The notes under the pieces: generated by a model
Seen by the model: only the letters and a program-made list of their open reading frames with translations
Told to the model about the DNA's origin: nothing
The model's database searches: none
Shown here: piece after piece, positions 28,092 through 38,898 of the stretch
Layout of the letters: each line of letters opens with the position of its first letter
How positions within the stretch are numbered: the first letter of the stretch is position 1
Translations under genes and position numbers: made by a program
NCBI GenBank assembly: GCA_963776275.1
Contig: CAVZMI010000032.1
Location: forward strand, 1 to 64,000
Source of the DNA: Ignavibacteriota bacterium
Lineage (GTDB): Bacteria; Bacteroidota; Ignavibacteria; UBA10030; CAVZMI01
Reading direction: 5' to 3'
DNA length: 64,000 nt

Positions 28092-31000
28092 TTAGTGTCG
28101 AGATTCCCGGTTATATTCCTGAAGACTCTTAACTCTGAGTCGTCCTTCTTTCACTCTCTCGATGCCCTTCACAGCCGCCGACGCAGCCGATAGAGTCGTT
28201 ACAATCGATACTTTATTCTCGATAGCCGCCCATCCTATGGCATACTCGTCGTATCGCGATGTCTCGCCGAGCGGTGTATTAATAATGAGCTGTATTTCAC
28301 CATTTTTTATCCGATCCACAATATTCGGCCGTCCTTCATTGACTTTAAAAACAGGTGTGGCAGGAATTCCTGCCGACGAGAGAAATCGCGCGGTACCCGC
28401 GGTTGCAACGATCGAAAATCCATGTTTGAAAAACTGACGGACGATTGCCAGCGTTTTTTCATTTTTATCTCTGTCGTTAACGCTGACAAATATCCTCCCC
28501 GATGTCGGGAGAGTATTTGATGCGCTCATCTGTGCTTTGGCCGTCGCACCCCCGAAGTTTCCGTCGATTCCCATCACTTCACCCGTTGACCGCATCTCCG
28601 GTCCCAGGAATATTTTTACACGCGGAAATTTATTAAATGGAAACACCGACTCCTTCATCGCAACATGGTTGAGTTTCCGGAAATCGAACGACATGATATC
28701 GAGATCCTTCAATTTCATGCCGATAATTACCTTCGCTGCAATTTTTGCAAGAGGGACACCCGTAGCTTTACTGACAAATGGTACGGCTCGCGATCCGCGC
28801 GGATTTACTTCAAGGACATATACAACTCCATCCTTCTCAGCGTATTGAATATTCAACAGGCCTCGGACATTCAATGCATTGGCGAGTTCTACCGTATATT
28901 TCTCCATCGACGCAAGCTGGTGTTCCTGTATCATGTAGGGAGGAATCACGCACGCACTGTCACCCGAGTGGATGCCGGCCTCCTCGATATGCTGCATCAC
29001 TCCGCCGATGAGCACGTTCTCGCCGTCGGCAACTGCGTCAACATCGTACTCAAACGCATCTTCGAGGAATCTATCGATCAGGATCGGGTGTTCAGGCGAA
29101 ACCTTGACGGCTTTTGTCATATATTCGCGCAACGAATCTGTATTATAACAAATTTCCATTGCACGACCGCCAAGAACATACGACGGCCGGACAAGGACAG
29201 GGAAACCGATTCTATCGGCTACCTCGAGTGCTCCATCGACGGAAGAAGCTGTTCCGTAGTTTGGATGTGGTATATGTAATTCTTGAAGTAATGCACCGAA
29301 TCTCTTGCGATCTTCTGCGATATCGATTCCCTCGGGTGATGTCCCGAGAATCTTAACTCCATAGGCTTCCAGCGCTTTTGATATTTTTAACGGGGTCTGC
29401 CCTCCAAAACTGACAATAACGCCTTCCGGCTGTTCGGCCTCGTATACATTAAGTACATCTTCGAGAGTAAGAGGTTCAAAATACAGCTTATCGGTCATAT
29501 CATAGTCGGTCGAGACAGTTTCAGGATTACAGTTGATCATGATCGTCTCATACCCTTCTTCCTCTAGGGCAAAGACCGCGTGCACACAGCAGTAGTCGAA
29601 TTCGATCCCCTGTCCGATCCGGTTCGGGCCGCTGCCGAGAATGATCGCTTTCTTTCGATGACTTCTCACAACTTCGTTTTCGCTCTCATACGTGGAATAA
29701 TGGTACGGAGTGTGGGCCTCGAATTCTGCTGCACACGTATCGACCGTTTTGTAGACAGGTTCAATTCCATGTTTCTTGCGGGCTGCACGCACCGTGAGCT
29801 CGTTCGTTTTCCATAGAAAAGAGAGCTGTTTATCGGAGAATCCATATTCCTTTGCTTTTCGAAACAGGGAAACATTAATGGAATCGAGCGTATATTTCCC
29901 GAGTTCTTCTTCTAGATCGACAATCTGTTTGATGTTCTCCAGGAACCATGGATCAATCTTCGTGATATCGTAAAGCTCTTCAACCGTGATCCCGAGTTGA
30001 AGGGCATAACGGAGATAAAAAATGTTCTCAGCTTTTGGAGTAGTTAATTTTATTTTAATTTTCGTGCGCCACTCTTCTTTTTCATCCTCCGGGATTTGTA
30101 TCGCATCGATGATATCTTTCCCGTCGGCGCCCAGTCCTGCCCGTCCTTGCTCTAGCGATCGAAGCCCTTTCTGCAGAGCTTCCTTGAATGTCCGGCCGAA
30201 CGCCATCGCTTCGCCGACAGATTTCATTTGGACGCCAAGCGTATCCTCAACCCCTTTGAATTTTTCAAAATCCCAACGTGGAATTTTTACAACGACATAA
30301 TCGATCGTCGGCTCAAACGATGCGGGTGTTTTTTTCGTTATGTCATTGGGTATTTCATCGAGCGTATATCCAATTGCCAACTTTGCCGCAATTTTTGCAA
30401 TAGGGAATCCTGTTGCTTTTGAAGCGAGAGCCGAACTGCGCGATACTCTTGGGTTCATCTCGATGACGATGGACCCTTCCGTCATGCGGATTGACGGCAA
30501 ACTGAATATTCGATCCGCCTGTTTCGACCCCGATCTCACGGATGATTCGTATTGAAGCATCTCTGAGTCTTTGGTATTCTTTATCTGTCAATGTCTGAGC
30601 CGGAGCAACGGTAATCGAATCGCCTGTATGAATCCCCATTGGATCAAAATTCTCGATCGAGCAGATGATTACGACGTTATCTTTCAGATCGCGCATCACC
30701 TCAAGCTCGTATTCTTTCCATCCGATCACGGATTCTTCAATTAACACCTCATGGATGGGCGAACTGCCAAGTCCGTGTTCGACAATCTCCCGGAATTCTT
30801 CGATGTTGTATGCAGTTCCGCCCCCGGTGCCGCCAAGTGTAAACGACGGCCTGATGATTAGAGGAAAACCTATTACTTCTGCAATCTTTATCGCTTCGCT
30901 ATACGTTCCGACAAATCCACCCCGCGCCATCTCGAGTCCTGCGCGCTGCATAGCTTTCTGAAACAATTCGCGGTCTTCCGCCATCTTGATTGCTTCAAGC

Positions 31001-31356
31001 TTTGCCCCGATTAATTCGACGTTGTATTTTTCGAGGATTCCCTGTTCTGCAAGTGCGACTGCAGCATTGAGTGCGGTTTGTCCACCCATAGTGGGAAGCA
31101 ATGCATTCGGACGCTCGCGTTCGATAATTAACTCGATAAATTCCGGGGTGATCGGTTCAACGTAGGTACGATCCGCAAGCTCCGGATCTGTCATGATTGT
31201 GGCAGGATTGCTATTGATGAGAACGACGCGGTATCCTTCTTCTTTCAACACCTTGCATGCCTGGGTACCGGAGTAATCGAATTCACATGCCTGACCGATG
31301 ACAATCGGCCCGCTTCCAATGATCAGTATCGATTCAAGATCAGTCCGCTTCGGCAA
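28092..31356 (-). CDS. carB: Carbamoyl-phosphate synthase large subunit (frameshift near 30480)
   Basis: '[27 protein letters not shown]', '[18 protein letters not shown]', '[13 protein letters not shown]'; split over ORFs 30355-31356 and 28092-30560. Confidence 0.95.
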
Positions 31357-31599
31357 GCCTTCTGCACTCCCCTATTTTATATTATCTGTATAATATACAA
31401 AAAAAGAGAATTATTTTAAAGGGTTTTTTTGGAAAAAATCTATGCAAAAGTCGGTCATACGGTAATGCGTTATAAAGGGAAAAGACTTTCGCCCTGTCGT
31501 GGTTCTTCGACAGTGTAACCTCATTTCGTTCTTATTATTAGGGAGGTCGTACTCGTTCACAAATTCCCGGATTATATCATGTGAATTACAGGGTGAATA

Positions 31600-32160
31600 A
31601 TGCATAAAGGTGAAAACCTGATAGGGCCTCATGGTGGTTATCAAAAACTTAAATCCTTCCAAATGGCTGAGATTGTCTATGATGCGACTGTCGTGTTCTG
31701 TGATCGTTTCATTGAGCGGTCGTCAAGGACTCGCGATCAGATGGTTCAAGCGGCTCGCAGTGGAAAACAAAATATTGCAGAAGGAAGCATGGCTTCCGGA
31801 ACATCGAAAAAATTCGAGTTCAAGCTGGTAGCCGTTGCAAGGGCAAGTTTGGAGGAATTATTGCTCGATTACCAGGATTACCTGAGACAGCATGGACTCC
31901 CCCTCTGGCCAAAAGACGCTCAGAAAACCCAAGAAATAAGGGGAATGGCTTTCTTAGAGAATAAGTCCTATATGACTTATAGGACCTATATAGAAAGCTC
32001 TCTAGATGAAACCGCTGCAAATACAATTATTTGCCTAATTCATCAGGCGGATTATTTGCTGGATCATCAATTGCGACAACTCGAAAAGCAATATTTATCC
32101 GAGGGCGGCTTTACAGAAAAGTTATATGGTTTTAGAAAACGACAATCACAGCCACGCTAA
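31600..32160 (+). CDS. Four helix bundle suffix domain-containing protein (23S IVS/Avd-like fold)
   Basis: 'GGYQKLKSFQ', 'DQMVQAARSGKQNIAEG', 'ARASLEELLLDYQD', 'EGGFTEKL'. Confidence 0.88.
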   Translation: MHKGENLIGPHGGYQKLKSFQMAEIVYDATVVFCDRFIERSSRTRDQMVQAARSGKQNIAEGSMASGTSKKFEFKLVAVARASLEELLLDYQDYLRQHGLPLWPKDAQKTQEIRGMAFLENKSYMTYRTYIESSLDETAANTIICLIHQADYLLDHQLRQLEKQYLSEGGFTEKLYGFRKRQSQPR

Positions 32161-32300
32161 AACGGTGTACGCTGTGATAGGATTCGGCGGACTTCGCCGA
32201 CGTTTGGTTTCGTCACCAGCACCAGAAATGATCCGAAAAAGAGAAACAACTCGAAAGAAATCATATCAGAATGATATTGTTCAGTAATATCAGCAAAACG

Positions 32301-34162
32301 TCAACAGCATCGAAACGGCGGCGGCGTTACCTCATCGTCCGGTTCATTCGTTCCCGAACCGATGGCATAATCACTTCCATATTCGCGACTGCGCAATGCG
32401 CGATATGACCTGCGTACTCCTTCAATAAGAATTGTGATCGCACAAATCATCATGGCCAGTGTAAGAGCCGAATTCACATATCCCTGGACTGCAGTTCCGG
32501 GATTCCGCGTCAAAGGAAGAAAATTTGCCGTAATATTCAGCCACGAAGCCGTGAGCGTCGTCGCCGCCACAAACAGCAGCGGCAGCAGTGTCACCCACAC
32601 ATACCGGATTTTCCCCGCATTGATTATTGCCGTCGATGCCACACATAATGCGACGCAGGCAAGAAGCTGATTGGCGTGCCGAACATCGGCCAGATGGTGC
32701 TGATATTTCCCGCATAAATGAAATATGCCCATAACGACACGACGACACCAGTGGCTACTATATTTGCCGGAAGCCAGTTCATTTTCCCAAAAGGCTTATA
32801 GAATTTCCCCACAAATTCCTGAACGAGGAAACGCCCGATTCTTGTTCCGGCATCAATCGTCGTGAGTATGAAAAGCGCTTCAAACATTATCGCAAAATGA
32901 TACCAGTACGACATGAGACTTTTCATACCGGGTAATGCCGTAAAAATCTGTGCAAAGCCTACAGCGAGCGAGACCGCTCCACCGGGACGTCCTGCAACGA
33001 TTTCGCCTACCTCTCGCGAAAGCATATCAAGATTGACAGTCGAGTATCCAAGTGCCTTAAACTTCTCTATGGGAAGATTAATTGCGTAATAATCTCCCGG
33101 ATGAAGCGAGCTTGCGGCGATAAGTGCAATCACACCTACCAATCCTTCCATCAGCATCGCTCCATATCCGATCATCCGTGCATGCGATTCCTTATCGAGC
33201 ATCTTCGGCGTTGTCCCTGATGACACGAGAGAATGGAATCCCGAGATCGCACCGCATGCGATGGTAATGAACACGAACGGGAACAGCGGACCCGGAATGA
33301 TCGGCCCGCCCCCTGAAATAAATTCTGTAAATGCAGGCATCTGTAAATTTGGATGCACAACGAAAACACCGATGACAAGAGCGGCGATTGTACCTATCTT
33401 CATATATGAACTCAAATAATCGCGTGGGGCGAGTAAAAGCCAGACAGGAAGAATCGATGCAAAAAAACCGTACAGGGCAAGGGCAAAAATAATTCCTTCC
33501 CGGGAGAGGGTGAAAAACGATCCCAGCGATGAACCGGGTATCCACGCTCCAACAATTACTGCGGCAACTACTGCTGTCACACCGATTAAACTCGCCTCGG
33601 TAATATGCCCCTTTCGAAAGCGGTACATCCATAATCCGACGAAGATAGCAATAGGGATTGTCATCCCGATAGTAAACGTGCCCCATGAACTTTCACGAAG
33701 GGCATTTACCACGGCGAGACCCAGCCCAGAGAGCGCAATAATTATTATGATCATGATCGCGACCGAGCCGACCGTTCCTGCAAGAGGCGAAATTTCTCTC
33801 CGTGCAATTTCAGCAAGTGATTTTCCTTTATAACGAATGGATGCGGCAAGAATGACAAAATCGTGCACCCCCCCGGCAAGCACAACTCCGATTACAAGCC
33901 AGAGAAAACCGGGCATATATCCAAACTGCACTGCAAGTACCGGTCCGATTAACGGCCCTGCTCCTGAAATAGCGGCAAAATGATGACCGAAGAGTACCCA
34001 TTTATTTGTCGGCAAATAGTTGCTTCCGTCGTTTAGTGTATGTGCAGGTGTGACACGCAAATCGTTCAGAGCAACCACTTTGGCAGCAATAAACGCGCTA
34101 TAATAACGATAGGCTATTGCCATTATACAAAGTGCAAAAAGTAGTAATGGTAAAGCGTTCAT
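32301..34162 (-). CDS. cstA: Carbon starvation protein A / peptide-pyruvate transporter (frameshift near 32680)
   Basis: '[19 protein letters not shown]', '[13 protein letters not shown]', '[16 protein letters not shown]', 'IWPMFG'. Confidence 0.92.
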
Positions 34163-34197
34163 GAAGATCCTCCTGAGGAGAGACAGAAGACTAATAT

Positions 34198-34253
34198 ATT
34201 TCTGATTGATGATTGACGATTGATGATTGACGATGTATGATTGATAATTTATG
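34198..34253 (+). repeat. Heptamer tandem array downstream of the four-helix-bundle gene
   Basis: ATTTCTG ATTGATG ATTGACG ATTGATG ATTGACG ATGTATG ATTGATA ATTTATG. Confidence 0.8.
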
Positions 34254-34267
34254 TGTTGAAATGCTAT

Positions 34268-34620
34268 CTATTTTTTCCCTTTTGATCTAATCGCTGTTGC
34301 GGCAAAGATGGCGATAAGTTCATTTGCTTCAAGAAGTAGTGGTACTAATTGTTTTTCCGGTACTACTTTCAGCTCCTGTATCATCTCTAACCAGTACATC
34401 GACTCATCGGCTTCTTCCTCAACAATTTGAATCTTAGAAATGAAGTCGGCTTTAGAACGAGCTCTACAAGCAGACCGATAATTCGCGCCTACCGAAGTAG
34501 CCGATCTCGTCAACTGTTTTCCCAAAACATCTGTGATTTTACTATTCGGTAAAGACTCAATTAAACGAATAGAATCCAGTCCGAATTTTTAGTTCTTCTT
34601 TTAAGTTCGTCGGGAGTCAA
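34268..34620 (-). CDS. Four helix bundle protein (TIGR02436-like; 1-nt frameshift in A-run near 34588)
   Basis: MTPDELKRRTK / FGLDSIRLIESLP...GKQLTRSATSVGANYRSACRARSKADFISK...EEADESMYWLE. Confidence 0.88.
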
Positions 34621-34679
34621 CGCAATGATCTCCATTCATGTGTTATATTATGAAATAATATCTGTACATTTTTGAAACT

Positions 34680-34707
34680 CAACAATCAGAAATCAGAAAT
34701 CATCAAT
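34680..34707 (+). repeat. Inverted heptamer array upstream of the four-helix-bundle gene
   Basis: CAACAAT CAGAAAT CAGAAAT CATCAAT = reverse complement of ATTGATG/ATTTCTG-type units. Confidence 0.7.
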
Positions 34708-34726
34708 ACAAAATAACTCTCGCCAT

Positions 34727-35113
34727 CTAAAAAGCGTCTTTATAATATCGTATAACGTGCTCTTTTTCATTTCCAACGATTGCCACCACATCGCATCGGC
34801 AGGAAACATCCCGTATGCCATGCTCGAGCAGGTATCCTTCCGCGATGCGCCTGATCTGCGACTGTTTACGCGCATGGACTTCATCCTCGGGTCTTCCGCC
34901 GCTATCCGACAGTTTTGATTTGACCTCGATAAAAACGAGTACTTCGCCGTCACGTGCAATAATATCAATCTCCCCCTTATCATACCGGTAATTCTTTTCG
35001 AGAATTATAAATCCCTGTGTGCGGAGGAATGATTCGGCGATCTTCTCTGCGATCGACCCTTTCATCCGCGCCGAAATTGAATCCTTCTGTTCTTTCGATA
35101 TATCGTCATCCAT
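34727..35113 (-). CDS. YraN family (UPF0102) protein
   Basis: 'GSIAEKIAESFL...ILEKNYR..KGEIDIIARDGEVLVFIEVK...RCDVVAI'. Confidence 0.9.
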   Translation of the reverse strand: MDDDISKEQKDSISARMKGSIAEKIAESFLRTQGFIILEKNYRYDKGEIDIIARDGEVLVFIEVKSKLSDSGGRPEDEVHARKQSQIRRIAEGYLLEHGIRDVSCRCDVVAIVGNEKEHVIRYYKDAF

Positions 35114-35759
35114 TATGCAGCATACCTTTGATATGGAAGGATCTGCGATGAATTGGACAATAACCGTGGACTTCGATTGCCCGAACATGCGCCGATGTGC
35201 AATAACCTTTATGTTTGTCGAATCCGTATTCCGGGTATTGTTCATGAAACTGCAGCATCATACGGTCCCGGGTCACTTTTGCGATAATCGACGCCGCGGC
35301 TATACTAATCGAACGAGTATCACCTTTGACAATTGCCCTCCAGGGAATTTGATCGTGGTTAAATGAGTTTCCATCCACGAGAATATATTCCGCCTGCGGT
35401 TGAAGCCGACACAGAGCATCCCGCATTGCCTGATACGTTGCCTGTAAGATATTTATTCGATCGATTTCATGATGATCAACGATTGCCACACCATGCGTAA
35501 TCGACGAACATACTATTTTTTCGAACAACCGCTCACGATGGGCCGGCGTCAGCTTCTTCGAATCGTCAATACCGGCAATCATCGTACCGGGAGGGAAAAT
35601 CACTGCGGCTGCGACGACCGGACCGGCGAGCGGACCGCGGCCGGCCTCATCAATACCGGCGACATTCAGGATCCCTCGATTCCAGAGAACCCGCTCGAAT
35701 CGCAACAGTGCCTGAAGCCGGAAATATTCTCTGTCAGTTATCGTGCCACTAGAAATCAT
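35106..35759 (-). CDS. rnhB: Ribonuclease HII
   Basis: 'AGIDEAGRGPLAGPVVAAAV', 'DSKKL', 'IAAASIIAKVTRD'; start uncertain (35759 or 35816). Confidence 0.93.
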   Translation of the reverse strand: MISSGTITDREYFRLQALLRFERVLWNRGILNVAGIDEAGRGPLAGPVVAAAVIFPPGTMIAGIDDSKKLTPAHRERLFEKIVCSSITHGVAIVDHHEIDRINILQATYQAMRDALCRLQPQAEYILVDGNSFNHDQIPWRAIVKGDTRSISIAAASIIAKVTRDRMMLQFHEQYPEYGFDKHKGYCTSAHVRAIEVHGYCPIHRRSFHIKGMLHNG

Positions 35760-37524
35760 TGATGATTCCAAAATGGATTTTTCCTGTTGCGAAAGTATCT
35801 CCTTCACCCAATGCATAACTCACACGGACAATCCCCAACCCCGTTTCAAGCTGGAATCCTATCCCGTATCCTATCTTCGATGCTTGAGTTTCGGGGAGCG
35901 ACTGTACAGGGTTGCCCGGATAGAGGTAATACCCTAAATCGGTAAATGCATAAGCAAACGAATGGCGGCCGATTGACAAACGATATTCCAGTGAACCCCA
36001 CACCAGCCGGGAGCCGATGAATTGGTTCTCACGGTACCCGCGGAGTGTCTGTGCGCCGCCGAATCGAAAAAGATCGGGCTCTGTCATTGCATTGCTGCGG
36101 AGTTCTCTTGCATGGATACTCGAGGCAAGTACCATACGTGAAAATGTGGGTACATACCATTCAAAATCAAGCGAATATCGCTGTAGCGATGAATGTTCCT
36201 CTGTCCCGGCTTCTCCATCACCGATGGTTTTCTCTCCCACCCGAACGTCACTCCGATAGAGATATCCGCGACTCGGAGCAGTGGGGTCGTCACGAGTATC
36301 GTAGCGCACTTCGATTCCGGAACTCACTGACGTGCTTGCGGGAATCGATGAACCGGTAGCGGATGCCGATGGAATGACCTGATCAAATGAAAAGAGAACG
36401 GATAATGTCAGATTATCAAATGCTGTAACCTCAGCCCTGACGTCATATGTCCGCTGAACGTATGTCGTATCCTGCTGACGTTGAAAAAAGCCAAGTCCGA
36501 CATTCAAAGGAAGTCCTGCAATCCAGGGTTCGAAATACTGGAGTTGAAGTTCCTGGGTCGACACACTCTCGTGCTGCCATCGCGCGCCAAGACGTCGCCC
36601 CGTTCCGAATATGTTTTTCAAGAGCACATTCACCATTCCGGTAAACATCCCACTTTCATTCCCCGGAGACGGAGGGAGATAACCGATGATTCCATCGAAT
36701 GTATTCATCGCCGCTTCCGAGACCCGGAGTTTCAATCCTCCTCCCTGTTCCGTCATGATAATTTCGGGTTCATCAACCGTACTGAAGAAACCCAGCCGAA
36801 GAAGCCGCTTACGTACCGCTTCCATTTCGCTTGACCGGTAGAGATCGCCCAACGTAATGCGCGATTCACGCAGGATAACTTCGGGTCGTGTCGTTGAATT
36901 TCCCACGACATCGATCCGATTGATTGTAACACGAGGTCCCTCTACTATATCCAATCTCAGAACAAGACCGTCGCGTTTCTCATCCAGATGATGATGGGAA
37001 GTGATTTCTCCTATTGTAACCGACGCAAAAGGATAACCACGTTCCGAATATTCTCTGATGAGTGCATGGATATCGCTTTCCAGAATCTTATCGATAAGCA
37101 CAGAATTAGGTTGCGTCTCAAACCATGATAGCGCTTCATAGGCAGAGAAGAGTTGCATCGAACGAAAACCGATAGAGTCGATTATAGTGAGAGGCCCTTC
37201 ACTTATCCATACATCGATGATTTTCGCCGGTCGATCTGATTCCCCTGTTGTATCAATCGAATCGATCCGAGTATAATAAAAACCGAGGCGTTGATACTGT
37301 TCCAGTAATGGGTTAAAAAACGAGCGGAGCGAGTCGGAAATACTACGAGTGTGAATTTTTGGAAGAACAATCTGCCGGGCTTCGTTCTGTGAGATGTTTG
37401 TGAGACCGTGAAATCGGATATCGGTAATACGTGAATTTTCTTGAGAAAAAACGATGGCGGGTGCAAAGCACACTAGAAACAGTATGTCTCGCAAATCACG
37501 GAATAACCGGCACCATGGTGTCAT
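35749..37524 (-). CDS. BamA/TamA-family outer membrane protein (POTRA + barrel)
   Basis: POTRA-like repeats ('RGYPFASV', 'RLGFFSTV'), 'GGAQTLRGYRE', C-terminal F. Confidence 0.85.
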   Translation of the reverse strand: MTPWCRLFRDLRDILFLVCFAPAIVFSQENSRITDIRFHGLTNISQNEARQIVLPKIHTRSISDSLRSFFNPLLEQYQRLGFYYTRIDSIDTTGESDRPAKIIDVWISEGPLTIIDSIGFRSMQLFSAYEALSWFETQPNSVLIDKILESDIHALIREYSERGYPFASVTIGEITSHHHLDEKRDGLVLRLDIVEGPRVTINRIDVVGNSTTRPEVILRESRITLGDLYRSSEMEAVRKRLLRLGFFSTVDEPEIIMTEQGGGLKLRVSEAAMNTFDGIIGYLPPSPGNESGMFTGMVNVLLKNIFGTGRRLGARWQHESVSTQELQLQYFEPWIAGLPLNVGLGFFQRQQDTTYVQRTYDVRAEVTAFDNLTLSVLFSFDQVIPSASATGSSIPASTSVSSGIEVRYDTRDDPTAPSRGYLYRSDVRVGEKTIGDGEAGTEEHSSLQRYSLDFEWYVPTFSRMVLASSIHARELRSNAMTEPDLFRFGGAQTLRGYRENQFIGSRLVWGSLEYRLSIGRHSFAYAFTDLGYYLYPGNPVQSLPETQASKIGYGIGFQLETGLGIVRVSYALGEGDTFATGKIHFGIINDF

Positions 37525-37539
37525 TGTAGTATAAAATTA

Positions 37540-38850
37540 TTAGTGTGGGAGGCGTCTCCAAATCTCCCAATCTAAATTCTGTAAACGGTAGTCTCCAAAA
37601 CCTGTCTCATCAATAAATATTAATGATTGCTTGATATCGTCATACGTCCAGATTTCATAAGGTTTTGAATCCATTTCGAAAGGATGACGATCCACAGAAT
37701 TCGGCGGGCCGAAAATGATATAGATCATCCCCATGTCTGTTTTCCATCCCGGGCGGTATCGTGTGAATCGTTTATTGGCGAACGCTACACGCCGGTAATA
37801 CTCATCCATTATTTCATTCTTAGGCGTACCGGGAGTTGGATCTTTTTTCTTCCAGAAATCCATGAATCTCTTTTGCTTTTCCGATACTGTTTGTGCTTCA
37901 AACATGGAATCCAATTCTGCATCCTGTGCAATATATTTCATTTGTTTAATTGCCTCATCCAGATCGCGTATCGACAACGGCATTCCTCTCCAATGTAACG
38001 ATATCTGTTTCCGGCTTGTACTTACAAATACCGTATCAGCATTCCTTCCCCTTGGATGACTTTCAAGATAGATTGTATATTCCCCCGCGGGTACGCTTAC
38101 AGAGTCGATCTTTATAAATTCCTGAATCCCTTGTGATTCTATATGTCGTATACTCGATTCTGTATATACTTTTTCTCTTTTAGAATCGATAAAGGAATAT
38201 CGGAATTCCACCGAATCCGGCTTTCCAACCGGATAATATTCGAAGAAGAGATAAAAACCACCCTCCAGATTTCCGACATTCCCTGAAATATTCGGAGTGA
38301 TAATCCGCCGATTATCCTCCATCGTGAGCTTACTCACCAGCATGATATCGCTCAACTCGGTCTGCCGATGAGCGTAATCCGGAATATGAATTTTTCGCGT
38401 TTCCTGCAATCCACGTTTCGATTCCAAATCAAGATAATTGATTTTTAAGGTATATGCCCCAGGTTTAAGAGTAAAACTTCTCTCCGACATGATGTAATAT
38501 TGGGGGGAAATTGAAACGTCAAATGTATCCGTGGTTGCACGATCATTCCATGTTTTTTCAATCACCATCCGGTCTTGGTCGTCATATACACCCACTGTAA
38601 CCTCGTACTGTGCGGTGTAGGACTGTTTCAAGCGGATAAAACTCAATTGATCATATCCCACCTGAACGTACATATCAAGCCGCGCGTTTGTCGAATCTCC
38701 TGTCGAGAAACTCATCGCATCGATAAATACTTCTAATGGATTATCACTCGATTCGCTATAAGCCTCAATTTGAGCATATCCACGGAGTGATGAACAAAGG
38801 ATAATCCCTAAGAACATCAATATCTTCGATACAATATGTATACATTTCAT
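37540..38850 (-). CDS. GWxTD domain-containing protein
   Basis: 'FWKKKDPTPGTPKNE..EYYRRVAFAN..F...PGWKTDMGMIYIIFGPP'. Confidence 0.9.
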   Translation of the reverse strand: MKCIHIVSKILMFLGIILCSSLRGYAQIEAYSESSDNPLEVFIDAMSFSTGDSTNARLDMYVQVGYDQLSFIRLKQSYTAQYEVTVGVYDDQDRMVIEKTWNDRATTDTFDVSISPQYYIMSERSFTLKPGAYTLKINYLDLESKRGLQETRKIHIPDYAHRQTELSDIMLVSKLTMEDNRRIITPNISGNVGNLEGGFYLFFEYYPVGKPDSVEFRYSFIDSKREKVYTESSIRHIESQGIQEFIKIDSVSVPAGEYTIYLESHPRGRNADTVFVSTSRKQISLHWRGMPLSIRDLDEAIKQMKYIAQDAELDSMFEAQTVSEKQKRFMDFWKKKDPTPGTPKNEIMDEYYRRVAFANKRFTRYRPGWKTDMGMIYIIFGPPNSVDRHPFEMDSKPYEIWTYDDIKQSLIFIDETGFGDYRLQNLDWEIWRRLPH

Positions 38851-38898
38851 GACTGCATCTCCTCTACAATAACATTCATACAACTCGCACAAATCGCT

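Noticed and set aside
32290-32303. TGA after CstA 'RCC' as selenocysteine
   Set aside because: Both Cys codons are standard and no convincing SECIS-like hairpin follows; treated as a stop.
31600-34620. Diversity-generating retroelement suggested by Avd-like proteins
   Set aside because: No reverse transcriptase or TR/VR pair with adenine-specific mismatches is visible in the window.
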